From Octopus vulgaris (lineage: Eukaryota), in contig OX597830.1 in assembly GCA_951406725.2 (NCBI GenBank), positions 63,984,001 to 64,048,000 on the forward strand: a stretch of DNA of 64,000 nucleotides. The letters are read 5' to 3'. Positions 43,200-56,900 of the stretch are shown one piece after another; position 1 is the stretch's first letter; each line of letters starts with the position of its first letter. Under the pieces are notes generated by a model. It saw nothing but the letters and a program-made list of their open reading frames with translations, was not told the DNA's origin and searched no databases. A program made the translations under genes and the position numbers.

Positions 43200-44260
43200 C
43201 TATTATTGTTATTATTATTATTGTTGTTGTTGTTATGTTGTTGCACAGTATCCAATACTGTGATGTTGTTGATTAAAGATATTGTATCTACTGGGGGTTT
43301 TCTACAGTCTGGCAAGTCACAACGAGGACCTAAGACAGACAGTACTTTACGCAATATGCATGCAGTTCCAAGTAATACCTATTTGTGCAATACACCCAGA
43401 TTGTAGGGTATTTCTAAAGTTTCCAGGTGTTTCTTCAGGTTGGGTGATACTGAACCCAATGCTCCAATGACAATAGAGACAGCCTTTATATTTGATTCTC
43501 TGAAATGGACATGAGTGAAGATTGTCATGTTCTGAAATGGACATGAGCGGAGATTGACATGCTCTGAAATGGACATGAGCGGAGATTGACATGTTCTGAA
43601 ATGGACATGAGTGGAGATTGACATGTTCTGAAATGGACATGAGTGGAGATTGACATGTTCTGAAATGGACATGAGTGGCGATTGACATGTTCTGAAATGA
43701 CATGAATGGAGATAGTGGTTTGCACTACCCAAAAGATGATGACAAGGCATGGTGTCCTCCAACCTAAGGTGAACATACACAGGCTGTACGTGAAGAGAGA
43801 TAAAGGTGGACTTGGCCTGTTAAGCATACAAAAATTCATTGACAATGAAAGAAGAAACTTGACTGAATATTTGGTAAACCACGAACAAGACCTGCTACAG
43901 TATGCTGCTTATGCAGAAGGACTTACCTGTAATAGAGCTGAAAATGCTAATGAATTCTGATCATGAATAGCCAATACAAGAGAAGAAACACTACTCCATG
44001 TGGAATTAAATGGTAAATTCCATCATGAAACTAACAGCTTAAGAGACGAGGAAGTATCATGGATGTAGCTCAACAAAAAGACCTTAAAAAGGGGACCAAA
44101 AGTCTGATCATCACTGCTCAGGACAAGGCATTGAATACCAACTTAGTGAAAAGAGATATGTACCACATAAGTGCAACGTACCTCTGTAGAATGTGTGGGA
44201 AGCGGGTTGAAAGCATGACTCACATTGTGAAAGTCCTTTAGGTATAACATAAGATGTCAT
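43200..44260. mobile_element. R4/Dong-like (RLE) non-LTR retrotransposon remnant with internal inversion
   Basis: Minus strand 43250-43500: IVIGALGSVSPNLKKHL..LLGTACILRKVL, ending at (AAC/AAT)n. Plus strand 43706-44240: RLYVKRDKGGLGLLSI, AQDKALNT..CRMCGKRVESMTHIV. Confidence 0.75.
43499..43713. repeat. 32-bp minisatellite, 6 full copies plus 1 partial
   Basis: Unit tctgaaatggacatgagtggagattgacatgt. Confidence 0.95.
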
Positions 44261-44436
44261 AAATACACAAGGTTCATCCTTATCAGCAAGACTGACTATT
44301 AACAACAGTTAATACTATTCAGGGCAAAGATAGATGCATGTTTGTAGGTACTGTAGAGGATCATAACCTAAATTTTGAAGATAAAAATTATGATTTATTT
44401 CAAACTTTACATACAGTTATATACAGGCATATATAT

Positions 44437-44662
44437 AGGCAAGCTGGCAGAAACGCTAGCACGCCGGGCGAAATGCGTAGCTGTATTTCGTCTGCCGTTA
44501 CGTTCTGAGTTCAAATTCCGCCGAGGTCGACTTTGCCTTTTATCCTTTCGGGGTCGATAAATTAAGTACCAGTTACGCACTGGGATCGATGTAATCGACT
44601 TAATCCGTTTGTCTGTCCTTGTTTGTCCCCTCTGTGTTTAGCCCCTTGTGGGTAGTAAAGAA
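44437..44662 (+). mobile_element. tRNA-derived SINE family 2 with Meta/MESC-like central domain
   Basis: ggcgagctggcagaaacgttagc..gagttcaaattcc..gactttgcctttcatcctttcggggtcgataaattaagtaccag. Other copies: 27340-27547-, 28970-29132+, 32150-32562-, 42030-42510+, 50835-51175-, 57002-57335+. Confidence 0.85.
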
Positions 44663-44844
44663 ATATATATATAGGCACAGGTAAGGCTGTGTGGTAAGAA
44701 GCTTGCTTCCCAATCGCATTATCACATGGTTCTGGGTTCAGTCCCACTGTGTGGCATCTTGGGCAAGTGTCTTCTTCTTTAGCCTCAGACCAGCTAAGGC
44801 TTTGCAAGTGGATTTGGTAAACAGAAACTTAAAGAAGCCCATCG

Positions 44845-44892
<48 letters not shown>

Positions 44893-45181
44893 CGTGTGTT
44901 ATGTATATGTCTATATGTTTGTATCTTTGTCTATATTTGTCCCCCCATCACCACTTGGCAACCATCCTTGTAACTTAGCAATTCAACTAAAATCCTTGAA
45001 GGCGGTGCTCCAGCATGGCCACAGTCAACTGACTGAAACAAGTAAAAGAATAAAAGTATGTGTGTGCGTGCCTTCATGTCTATGTTTGTGCCTCACCAAT
45101 GCTTGACTACTGGTGTTGGTGTGTTTATGTCCCTGTAACTTAGCTGTTTGGCAAAAGAGACTGATAGAATAAGTACCAGGC

Positions 45182-45332
45182 TTAAACAAAGAAAAATAAC
45201 AGAGTCAATTCGTTAAACAAAGAAAAATAACGGAGTCAAATCGTTAAAGAAAAATAATGGAGTCAGTTTGTTAAACAAAGAAAATTAATGGAGTCAGTTC
45301 GTTAAACAAAGAAAGATGATGGAGTCAATTCT
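45182..45332. repeat. ~30-bp minisatellite, 5 copies, inside a SINE family 1 tail
   Basis: Unit ttaaacaaagaaaaataacggagtcaattcg, degenerate. Confidence 0.85.
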
Positions 45333-46157
45333 TCAAGGCAGTGCTCCAGCATGGCCACAGTCTAATCACTAGAACAATTAAAAAATAAGAGATACAAAAT
45401 TCAATACACACACATATAGAGATATATAAATGCACACACATAGGTGTATTTTCATACTGGCACTCCTTTGGTTAGAATGGCAAAGGTTCCAGTTGACATG
45501 ATCAAAGGAACAGCCAGCTCTTGAAATTAAAGTGAAAGTGGCTGAGTACTCCACAGACATGTGTACCCCTTAATGTAGGTCTCAGGGAGACTCAGCATGA
45601 CACAGAGTGTAACAAGGCTGGCCCTTTGAAATACAAGTACTACTCATTTTTGCTGCCAGCTGAGTGGACTGGAGCAACGTAAAATAAAGTGTCTTGCTTA
45701 AGCACTGGAAATTGAACTCACGATCTTGCAATCATGAGCTGAATACCGTAACCACTAGGCCACATGCCTTCACGTATTTAGATACATACACATACTATTT
45801 ACATTGTAAGAATTTAGAAATGTCAGTTGGAAGTGAAACAATGTTTATAATGGTTGGAATCTAAGTAGATAAAGTTGAAAAATAATGCTTTCAAATTTTG
45901 ACCCAAGGCCAGCAATTTTAGAGAAGCGGATAAGGCAGTCTGACTTCTAATTGTAAACACACACACAAAAAAAAAATAATGGCATGTATACATTTATATT
46001 CAGGCATGGTTGTGTAGTAAAAAGTTTGCTTCCCAACTTCATGGTTCCAGGTTCAATCCTATTGTATAGAATCTTGGGCAAGTGGTTTCTACTGGAGCCT
46101 TAGGCCAAAAAAGTCTTGTGAGTGGATTTGGTAGACGGAAACTGAAAGAAGCCTGTC

Positions 46158-46202
<45 letters not shown>

Positions 46203-46821
46203 TGTGTGTCTGTGTTTGTCCCTCTAGCATTGTTTGACAACCGATGCTGGTGTGTTTACGTCCCCATCACTTAGCGGTTTGGCAAAAGAGACCGATAGAA
46301 TAAGTACTGGGCTTACAAAGAATAAGTCCCGGGGTTGATTTGCTCGGCTAAAGGCGGTGCTCCAGCATGGCCGCAGTCAAATGACTGAAACAAGTAAAAG
46401 AAAAAGAAAAAAAAGATATAATATATATATATATAATATCATCATCATCATCATTTAGCGTCCGCTTTCCATGCTAGCATGGGTTGGACGGGTCAACTGG
46501 GGTCTGTGAAGCTGGAAGGCTTCGTCAGGCCCAGTCAGATCTGGCAGTGTTTCTACGGCTGGATGCCCTTCCTAACGCCAACCACTCCGAGAGTGTAGTA
46601 AACTGTGGTTGCAGAACAAACAAATACAAGGTCATCCACGTAACATTTCATTTAATCACAAAATGCTTTTTCTTTCACATAGAATTTACATGTATAACAT
46701 CACGGAAGATGAAACACAACTCATCAGTACAAGCATATAAGAAAATACAAGAAAAATGTGTGAATATAGTTCATCTCGGTTAAAAGTTAACGATTAATTC
46801 TATAGTGATTAAGAAATATAT

Positions 46822-46852
<31 letters not shown>

Positions 46853-47050
46853 ATATATATATATATATAATATATATATATATATCGTCTTTGTCATCAT
46901 CACTTTGAATGTCTGTCTATCACTCACTCTCTCTCTCTCTCTCTCTCTCTGTGCATCTACATTCCTGCAGAGACTCACATACCTATACTCACATTCACAC
47001 ACATGTTTATTTATATACACTTCTTTTTTCAGGAAGAATCAACTCCAACC

Positions 47051-47181
47051 ATGTCTTTATGGATCAAAACTAAGCAGCTTCCGAACCAATATTGGGCACC
47101 GATCTCATCCTGCTACGAAGATGCAAGATTCCCATTAGAAGTGCGCGATGTTATGTCTGATTGGCTCGAGTGTCAAGATTG
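47051..47181 (+). CDS. STAT5: STAT coding exon 1 (exon starts at 47033 with 18 nt of 5'UTR): MSLWIKTKQLPNQYWAPISSCYEDARFPLEVRDVMSDWLECQDW
   Basis: Acceptor ttcttttttcAG at 47031-32, Kozak-like accATG, donor GTAATG at 47182; STAT N-domain motif FP.EVR...W.E.Q.W. Confidence 0.95.
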
Positions 47182-50120
47182 GTAATGTATTGTTAAAATA
47201 TTGGGGATATATTGCTAAAATATTTAAGTATTTCTAAAATATGAAATATTGCTAAAATATTAATATGATATTGGTGAAATATTGATAAAATATTGATAAG
47301 ATACACGAAGCTTTGTCAGTGAACAGGTCGCGGTCTCAAAGCGACGAAAATATTTTGACAAATTAAATTTAAATGTTGAAGTGAATCTAACGGTTTTGTG
47401 TGTTTCTTAAATGGCTTATAAACACCTTCCACGCTGCAATTGTTTTCGTTCCAGCCCACAATCTCAGATTAAGTCACTTGCTATGCAAGTACATCTCCAT
47501 AATGATAAAATAGTATTTTATGTAATTTTATGGTGATGCATGTAGTTGAGTGTTAAACAAAATAACTAGTATTTTAATTACATATCCATGTGTTCTGAAT
47601 TCACATCCCTCCTAAAGCTAATTTTATCTGTCATCTGTTCATAGGAGTGCCACTTGACCAATCTTCAACAAACTGAGGATCTGTCAAGTGGTCTGTGTGA
47701 AATAATTTTATGAAGTTTTTTTTTTTGTTTTGGCAAATATTTTCTACTATGTCTCCAGGCTGACCAAAACCTTCTGAGTGGGTTTGGCAAAGAAGCCCAT
47801 CATATATTTTTATATCCTGGTGTTGGATACATAATTTAACAAAGCAAAGGGAAAGAAGTGTTTACATGACACGCTATGATTACTTTTACATGAGGTTAAA
47901 AGCTTTCTGCCAACGGCTCATAGTGTACTGCTTACTGTCAATTGTTCATAATCAGTTGCTGACGACTTGACAGTTGTTTATTTAATAGAAATGTGTCTGT
48001 CCACGTTTAGTCACATGGGTGTGATCGGAATCCTTCCACAACATTTTGCCTTTTTAGACATTTCATCTTTTTAAACATTTCGCCTTTTTAGAATTAGTCA
48101 CCCTTAACTTCTCCCCTTTTGAGAATTAAACTCTGCTCAGAGTTTTAATATCTCTTACATTTAGGGTTCAATTCCAGTGTTACCATTCTTTTCTGTTTTC
48201 TGGTGCTAGAATGTGTAGTTTCAAATTGTTTGGGTGTTGGTACCTCAAACGCCTCATACAATACTTCCATAGGGATTTCATTTCTCATGACTTTTTCCGT
48301 GAATCTTTTAAGTTGGCTGATATGTCTTTTATGTTCAACATGTTTTCCTTTTACCAGGAATAACATTCTTCCAATTTGTTAAATAATTACACTGTCCTCC
48401 TAGCTCTCTTTACCATATCTATAAATTAAAAAAAATATTTTGTCACCTAACTTTGAAGTATTTTTGTTGTTCACCTTTTTTCTATTTTCACTTGGTATCA
48501 ACTGATCAAAAATGGATCTGATCTTTCTAGCAAACTTCAATTCTGTGGGTGACATTCGAGACGGAGTATCCAGATTAAGTGTTACTTGGTACACTCTAAG
48601 AAATTGTTGAAGTGCAAGGTCATCCATTACTTCATTGTTTGCCTTTTTTTAGGGCCCTCTTGAAAGTGTCAACAAAATGCTCCACTTGTCTATTTGACCT
48701 AGGATGATACAACAGAATGGTCACGTGTTTAATAATGAAACTCTTACAAAATTTTGTCAGGTAAATTGAGTTCCCTTATCAGACACAGTGGTATCAGAAA
48801 TACCATACCTGGTGAACAATTCATGTAAAAATCTTACTGTAACTGTAAATGTTGGGTTTTTACATTTATGCACTTCAGGCCACTTTGAAAAACTGTCCAC
48901 CACAACAAGGTAACAAGGACCCTTAAGTGGACCTGCATAATCGACATGCAGTCTGGATCATGGAATATCTGTTTTTGGCCATGGTTGCCATTTAGTGGTA
49001 GTTGTTTTTGCAGCTAGGGCACACTCTTTGTATGCTTTCACTAGTTCTTCAATGTCATGGTCCATTGTCGGCCAATATACACAACTTCTCATTGAAGATT
49101 TCATTCTCGGAATCCCTGGGTGACCAATGTAAAATTCCTTTAGTAATCACATCTATAGTGTGGCTGGCACTGCAATTCATTATGCGCACATCAGCACATT
49201 GTCACACATTGAGAATGGGTTTGAATTTGTGCTGCGCTTATTTTTCTCTCTTTTAGCCTTCAACATTACTTTCATTTTCGTTATGAATTTATTGTTTTCC
49301 AATTTTAATTTTATGTCTTATAATGTGACTGACAGTTCACACATGATGTTACACAAAGTATTTTTAATTTCATTTTCTGCTCGCACAGCAGCAATCACGG
49401 TATCTTCAAATGGTTCTGCAATTTTCGAAATCAGTCTTGATAGACAATCAGCATGGCCTAATTTTTTGGATGGTCTTTACACCATCTTAAAATCATAGTT
49501 TAATGATATAGTATCAGGTGGCTACACAAAATTCAAATCTATACAAAGAATGTCTTCCCCGCATAGGCGCAGGAGTGGCTGTGTGGTAAGTAGCTTGTTT
49601 ACCAACCACATGGTTCCAGGTTCAGTCCCACTGCATGGCACCTTGGGCAAGTGTCTTCTACTATAGCCTCGGGCCGACCAAAGCCTTGTGAGTGGATTTG
49701 GTAGACGGAAACTGAAAGAAGCCCGTCGTATATATATGCGTGTGTGTGTTTGTGTGTCTGTGTTTGTCCCCCTAGCATTGCTTGACAACCGATGCTGGTG
49801 TGTTTATGTCCCCGTCACTTAGCGGTTCGGCAAAAGAGACCGATAGAATAAGTACTGGGCTTACAAAGAATAAGTGCCGGGGTCGAGTTGCTTGACTAAA
49901 GGCAGTGCTCCAGCATGGCCGCAGTCAAATGACTGAAACAAGTAAAAGAGTAAAAGAGTATATGTTCTATTAAGTGGTTGGTAAAGGGAGGGCACCCAGC
50001 CATGAAGCCCAAGGCAGACACTGGAGCACACTGGAAGTCCTCACATCCATCCGATCCTGTCAAATCGTTCAACCTATGTCAGCATGGAAGATGTACATTA
50101 GAAGACGATGAGAATGGTGC

Positions 50121-50159
<39 letters not shown>

Positions 50160-53100
50160 CTGTAACTGCCTGGGATTGTATATTATTGGAAATGGAGTAA
50201 AACCATTGATTGATTCGTGGGAAACTTATAACAATTGATAAGTCTGTATTTTGTAAACAATAATGAGTAAACCCCCCCTCTCCCCCCCGCTGCCACAAAA
50301 ATTGTCTGATGATTAAAAAAAAAAATTTTTTTTTTTTATCACTTATTTCAGGAATTCCATTGATGAGAATAATCCAAGCAATGAGGCCATAGCCAGGACC
50401 ATGCTCAACAACCTGTTACAGGAAATGGAGTCGAGAAGTATGAATTTAAACAATGACTACTTCAGCACCAAGTTGAAAGTGGGACAAGCAATTGTGGACT
50501 TCCAAGTAAGTCCATAACATGATGGTAGTAGCTGGTGTTGTTACTGTTGATGATGTTGCAGCTGTTGTTGTTCTTGCTATTATTTGGTTCCAGGTCGGTC
50601 CCAGAGGCGTATATTCCGGGTGTGCCAGGTGTGCACTGCACACTCATCAAAAATGGCAAATTCATTATAAATATCAGCCTTACTCATTAATTTAATCATA
50701 AATCTTAATGGAAAACTTTTGTTATACCCTTGCTTGAAATTTGGTGGCACAGGGTGTGGCAGCATACCCAATACAACAACCATTATGTGCCACTGGTCTG
50801 TCCTGAAAAAGGATAATTTCACATCCATTTTTTTCATCACCCTGAAAGGATGAAAGGCAAAGTTGACCTCGGCAGAATTTGAACTCAGAACGTAAAGACA
50901 GATGAAATACTGCTAAGCATTTTGCCTGTCGTGCTAATGATTCTTATTTCTATATTGCCCACAATGGGCTAAACACAGAGGGGACAAACAAGGACAGACA
51001 AAGGGATTAAGTCGATTACATCGACCCCAGTGTGTAACTGGTACTTGATTTATCGACCCCGAAAGGATGAAAGGCAAAGTCGACCTCAGCGGAATTTGAA
51101 CTCAGAACATAATGGCAGACGAAATACTGATAAGCATTTCGCTCGATGTGCTAACGTTTCTGCCAGCTTGCCGCTTTTGCAATCACCATTATATTATCAG
51201 ACTTAATATATATGAAGGACTTCATTATCCAGTATACACTCTTCAAAGTAGTTGGCATTGGAACAGGACATCCATCCATAGAAACCATGCTAAAGTAGAC
51301 TCTGGGCGACATGAGACATTCCTCTGACCTGTCAGATTCTGTCAACCTATGCAGCTCATGTCAGCAAGAAAGCCAAACATTAAATGATGAAAAACAATAC
51401 TAAATGATGATGGTGCTCTAATGAGCAACCAATTAGCTGCCAGTCAGTCAGAACAGTCCTCATTTGAAATGCTTTTGATCATCACCATCCTTGGTCATTA
51501 CCTGGCTCAGCCTGGGGTTAAACAGCAACAAGAACAATAACAACTGCATCATTGCATACTAATTCCATACTAATTACTTTATGAAAATTTGTTTTTCAGA
51601 GAATCTACTCTCCGAACCCTTTGCTACTGGTTCACTCCATAAAGAAATGTCTTACTATTGAACAGAATTATGTCAACATGAATGAAGGCAATGTAAGTTA
51701 TTTTATTTTATTCAAAACCCAGGAATCCAACCATTCCAATAAGTCTTTTAGTAACTAGCTTTAAGAATCAGTTGCTAAATTATCGAAGAAATCTGGAAAA
51801 TCCATTTGTGTTCATTATTCGTCTTCCCTTCAGCTTGGATGGTCAAAGGTTTAAGCAATTTTTGCTTGTGGGCCCCTTTGATTCCTGTTTTACTCAGGTG
51901 GACCCTCATAGCCATTTCATCATCATCACCCAGTGTTTTACATCCAGGTCTTGTCCCCGTTAACGGGGATGGCTGGATCTACCTCAATGCCATAGCAACC
52001 ACCCTCATACCATCTTGCCTGGTTTTGGGCATCCTCCCTCCTCAAGCTTGTACAGCTCTCACCAACCATTCATCTATCCCTAGTTTCTGCATCTAGACCA
52101 ACTCTCTCTAATTTGTTGGGTATGACTCTTTTGTGAACCACCTGATTTACAATATGGGTGACTAGACCATAACCCAAACTATCAGATATTTTAAGCATCT
52201 CAGTGGTGATTCCTGATGGGCTGGGGACTTTCCATATCTTCATGTCCTTAATTGTTTTATCTACCAAGGTACTGTTAATTTGGATAGTTGGTCCCTCAAT
52301 TAGATCAACATTTGACAGACTCTCCTCCTCCCATTCATTCTCCACATTCAGCAGTCTTTCACAATAGCATCTCCAAGCCTCTTTCTTTGCAGAATCATTA
52401 AATGCAAGTGTGCCATCATCAATGTAAACACATTTTTCTCCTATGACTTCACATTTTTCTCCTATGACTTCACATTTTTCTCCTATGACTTCACATTTTT
52501 CTCCTATGACTTCACAATTTTCTCCTATGACTTCACATTTTTCTCCTATGACTTCACATTTTTCTCCTATGACTTCACAATTTTCTCACACACTGTCTTG
52601 TAATCCAATTTAATTATTTTGTCTGATTTTCAATTTTCTTTTTCTTCAGTGCGAACTTCCCAGCAGCCAACTTTATGAGACTGGTGAAAAGATGATAGTA
52701 TTGGAGGAACTGAAGGATGCAACAAAGGTATTTACTTCATCTTGCGTTTTGTGTTCCTTTCTTATTATTGACAGCCAATTTTTTATTTACCAAAGGATTA
52801 GGCAATCACCCAAATCTTTGCTCGTTTTTTTCTCCATGAGGTGGTGATACCTATTCCAAAAGTCAGCTGATCAACTGTTACACCTGTCTCTTGAGTGTAA
52901 TACTTTTTTTTTTACTCTTTTACTCTTTGAAGTCAATTGACTGCGGCCATGCTGGAGCACTGCCTTTAGTCGAAGAAATCGACCACAAGACTTATTCTTT
53001 GTAAGCCTAGTACTTATTCTCTCGGTCTCTTTTGCCGAAGACCTGACAAATAATGTGAGTTCATGGCTGTTTCCTGCACCAGCTTCCCATAGAAGCCCCA

Positions 53101-53861
53101 GCCCTTCCAAAGTGCCTTGGACCGCAGGACAGCCTGCTGTACTTACCTTGTATCATAGGGCGACCTGATGCGCTTGAGGAGACCTGTTGAGTCAAGTGCA
53201 TCACCATCAACATCAAAAATCAAATGGAAATTGTAATTGTGATACCTGTGCCGGTGGCACGTAAAATGCACCATTCGTACGTGGCCGATGCCAGCGCCGA
53301 CTTGACTGGCTTCAGTGCCGGTGGCACATGAAAAGCACCAACCGATCGTGGCCATTGCCAGCTTACCCTGGCACCTGTGCTGGTGGCACCTAAAAAGCAC
53401 CATCTGTATGTGGCCGATGCACCATCTGTACGCCTTGACTGGCTTCCGTGCCGGTGGTACGTAAAAAGCACCAACCGATCGTGGTTGTTGCCAGCCTACC
53501 CTGGCACCTGTGCCGGTGACACGTAAAAAGCACCCACTACACTCACGGAGTGGTTGGCGTTGGGAAGGGCATCCAGCTGTAGAAACACTGCCAGATCAGA
53601 CTGGAGCCTGATGCAGCCTCCTGGCTTCCCAGAGCCCGTTCGAACCATCCAACCCATTGAGAACGGACGTTAAACGATGATGATGATGATGATGATTGAA
53701 ATTTACAGAAAAACAAAAGAAGAAGACAGGTATATAAACAACAAGCAGGTGTATTAGTTTGACGCTTGGGAAGGTGAGAAAGTCTTTTACGTTTCAAGCC
53801 TACACTCTTCAACAGAAAGGAACACGAGGAAATAAACAAATAGATAAAAAAAAAAGAAAGA

Positions 53862-53929
<68 letters not shown>

Positions 53930-56900
53930 ATTTGTGTGTCTGTTTGTTCCCCCACCATCACTTGACAACTGATGTCAGTTTGTTTATATCCCCTAAAGTT
54001 AGCAGTTCGGCAAAAGAGACCGATAGAATAAGTACTAGGCTTACAAAGAATAAGTCTTGTGGTCGATTTCTTCGACTAAAGGCAGTGCTCCAGCACTGAT
54101 TGGTAGGTAATCAGGTGGCTGGCTGGCTTCTGGAAGTTGGTGTTGCAGATCAATAATGGTTGTGCTAAAGCATCTCATAACTCATGATGTCACGAGTGGA
54201 TAACAAGTGGGAATGTTAATGATCTTAAGTGCTTGGTGTGTTGGGCAAGTGAGATTTATTATGGTCTCTGGTCAACCCAAGTCATGTAAGTAAAACAGAG
54301 TAAATGGAAACTAAACTATGAGACTGTACTTGTTAATTCCAAGGTACAGCCTTTGAATCATGCTGATTCTGTTTGAGGAATATATATATGTTTCTGACGA
54401 AGAGCTCCGCTCGAAGCGTTAAACCCTCCTTCTTTCCTTCTTTCCTGAGCGTCCAATAATACTATATTTGTTTCACGTCCTCGCGTTGTTGTTGTTTTTT
54501 TGTGCTTTCTTCTTTGGATTAACTTTATATGTATATATATGTATGTATGTATGTATGCATACATACATACATACATACACTCATGCATACACTCATACAC
54601 ACACACATACATACACACATAATAATATTATGCAGAAAAAATATTCTTGGACAATTAAACAAAGAAGTTTTTCTGTTTCGTATTTAGCGAACTGGTGATC
54701 TGATTCTAAGGCTGCAAGAAGACCAGGAAGTTTTCAACGTAGAATTTCAGGAATATAAGACAATGACTTTACAGGCTGATGGTAACCATTTCCTTATTTG
54801 TTTCTCTTGCCCCCCCTCCTCTTATTCAGTGTGTCATTCTCTTTCTGTTTCTCTCTCTCTCTCTCTTATATAAACATATGCTAACAATGAATTAACACAA
54901 ATTTTTTTATCTTGAGGCAGCAGGACTATGACCACCACCACCACCACCGATACTACCACCATTACTCTTTGTATTCTCCCTCCCTGGCTAATTCACCAGC
55001 ATCACTATTATCACCATTGTCGACAGTGCCACTACTGCCATCGTGATCATCACTGTAAAATTTAGTCATGTGAAAGTGAACGTTGCATTTCATCCTTTTG
55101 AGGTTGGTAAAATCACATACCAGTCAAGTGTCAAAATTAGAAAGAACAAGCGCATTCAAAGAGCACAAACCTCTGCCAAGGCAACACCAATGTCCTCTCT
55201 ACGATTAGCCAGAGATGATTTTTAAAATGAGAATATCTGAAATAAACTCAAACTGTTCTCACAAACGAGAATACTAAAAGTGAACCTGACCGCTCTCAAA
55301 AATTAAGTAAGAAAAAAATGGAAAAAATAATCCAGAAATTTTGTCTGGTATCAGTTCGATCCTAAAATCGAATCAGTTTGTGTCAGTCACGAGGCCAAAC
55401 ATTCCAGAAAGTTTCATCCAAATCCATCCAGCAGTTCTTGAGATATCTTGTCCATGGACAAACAAACAAACGCAACTGAAAACAATACCTTCGCCTTTGT
55501 TAAGGTGGAGGTAATAAAAGCTGCAAAACAAAAACAAAGACAATATTTGGTCCTGTCCTTGTACTTTCTAATTAAAAATGTTACTGGAGGCTGACTTGTT
55601 TGTAATTCATCCCCGCTACCCATTGGGTGGGGGATCTCTCCCTCCTTCCTTATGCTAATGGGGCAGCCAAGTGTCTCCTGAGTAGTAAGAGAGCTATCCC
55701 TACTGTCTCACTTGGTACACAGTCACTTCTTAGTTCCACTCCTTCTCTCAGCTGAGAGGATTTTGTTTTGCAAGCTACTGGGTGACCTCTGTGGGTGCTG
55801 ATGCCATGTAAAAAGCACCTGTACTGGTGTCACATAAGTGCATCTGTGCTGGCTCCACATAAAAAGCATCCAGTCCACACTGTAAAGTGGTTGGCATTTG
55901 GAAGGACATCAAGCTGTAAAACCATGCAAAAACTGACCTCGCCTGTGCTATTGGCATGTAAAAGGCACTCAGTCCAATCTGCAGGTTGGTTGGTGTTAGG
56001 AAGGGCATCCAGCTTTAAAATCCATACTGAAACATACACAGAAGTCTGGTGCAGTCTTCGGTTTGGCCATGTGTTTCCAAGCAATCTTTTTGACTCAAAA
56101 ATGCATGTTATCTCTAAAACAAGCATCCACTCTTGTCTTTTTTTGAGGACCACTGTCCCTCACTTTTTTTCAAAAATTCCAGCCATGTTGTTTATTTGAG
56201 TTTGAAAAATTGTATACTACAAGCTTGTCAGATCATTGTGTTTTCACAGCATGAAACTAATAGTAAATTGAATTTAACCCTTTAGCATTTAAACTTGCCA
56301 TATCAGGCCCTAATATTCTACTTGATTTCTGTTCAAACTAGTCAGACCCAGCCTCTCACACCTACCCTAGAATGTCATTCTAAAATATATATTATTACAT
56401 CATTGAAACCTCAAAGTTACAAGGTAATGCATGATTAATTCTAAGCAATGTGAATAAGTAAGGACTAGATTTGACAGTGTTATCTGAATACTAAAGGATT
56501 AAATCCTGTGCCTATTCATAAAATATTTAACTGGATGTACTTTTTTGTTGGTCTCATTAATAAAGGTGTAGTACATTATATATACATACATATGTGCATA
56601 TATATATAAAGTTAATCCAAACCTGTGACTCAGAGTTTCACATTCCTCTTTGTTGGACAGTTGTGATCAAGACAAGAATCAAATTTTGTTCCAGACTTGA
56701 TCACAACTGTCCGACGAATGAGAATATGAAGCTCCAAGTCACAGATTTTTGTGATGTTTTTGCAGCTTCAATAAAAAAGTGAACACACACACACACACAC
56801 ACACGCACACAGATGAACATATATATTTATATATGTATTTTCTTTCTTAGCTTTTAAGAGAAATAATGAGACTCCACGAGAGAGACTACAAACTATGCAA

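Noticed and set aside
43499-43713. CRISPR-like appearance of the 32-bp and 25-bp arrays
   Set aside because: Head-to-tail repeats with no unique spacers, eukaryotic context, no cas genes.
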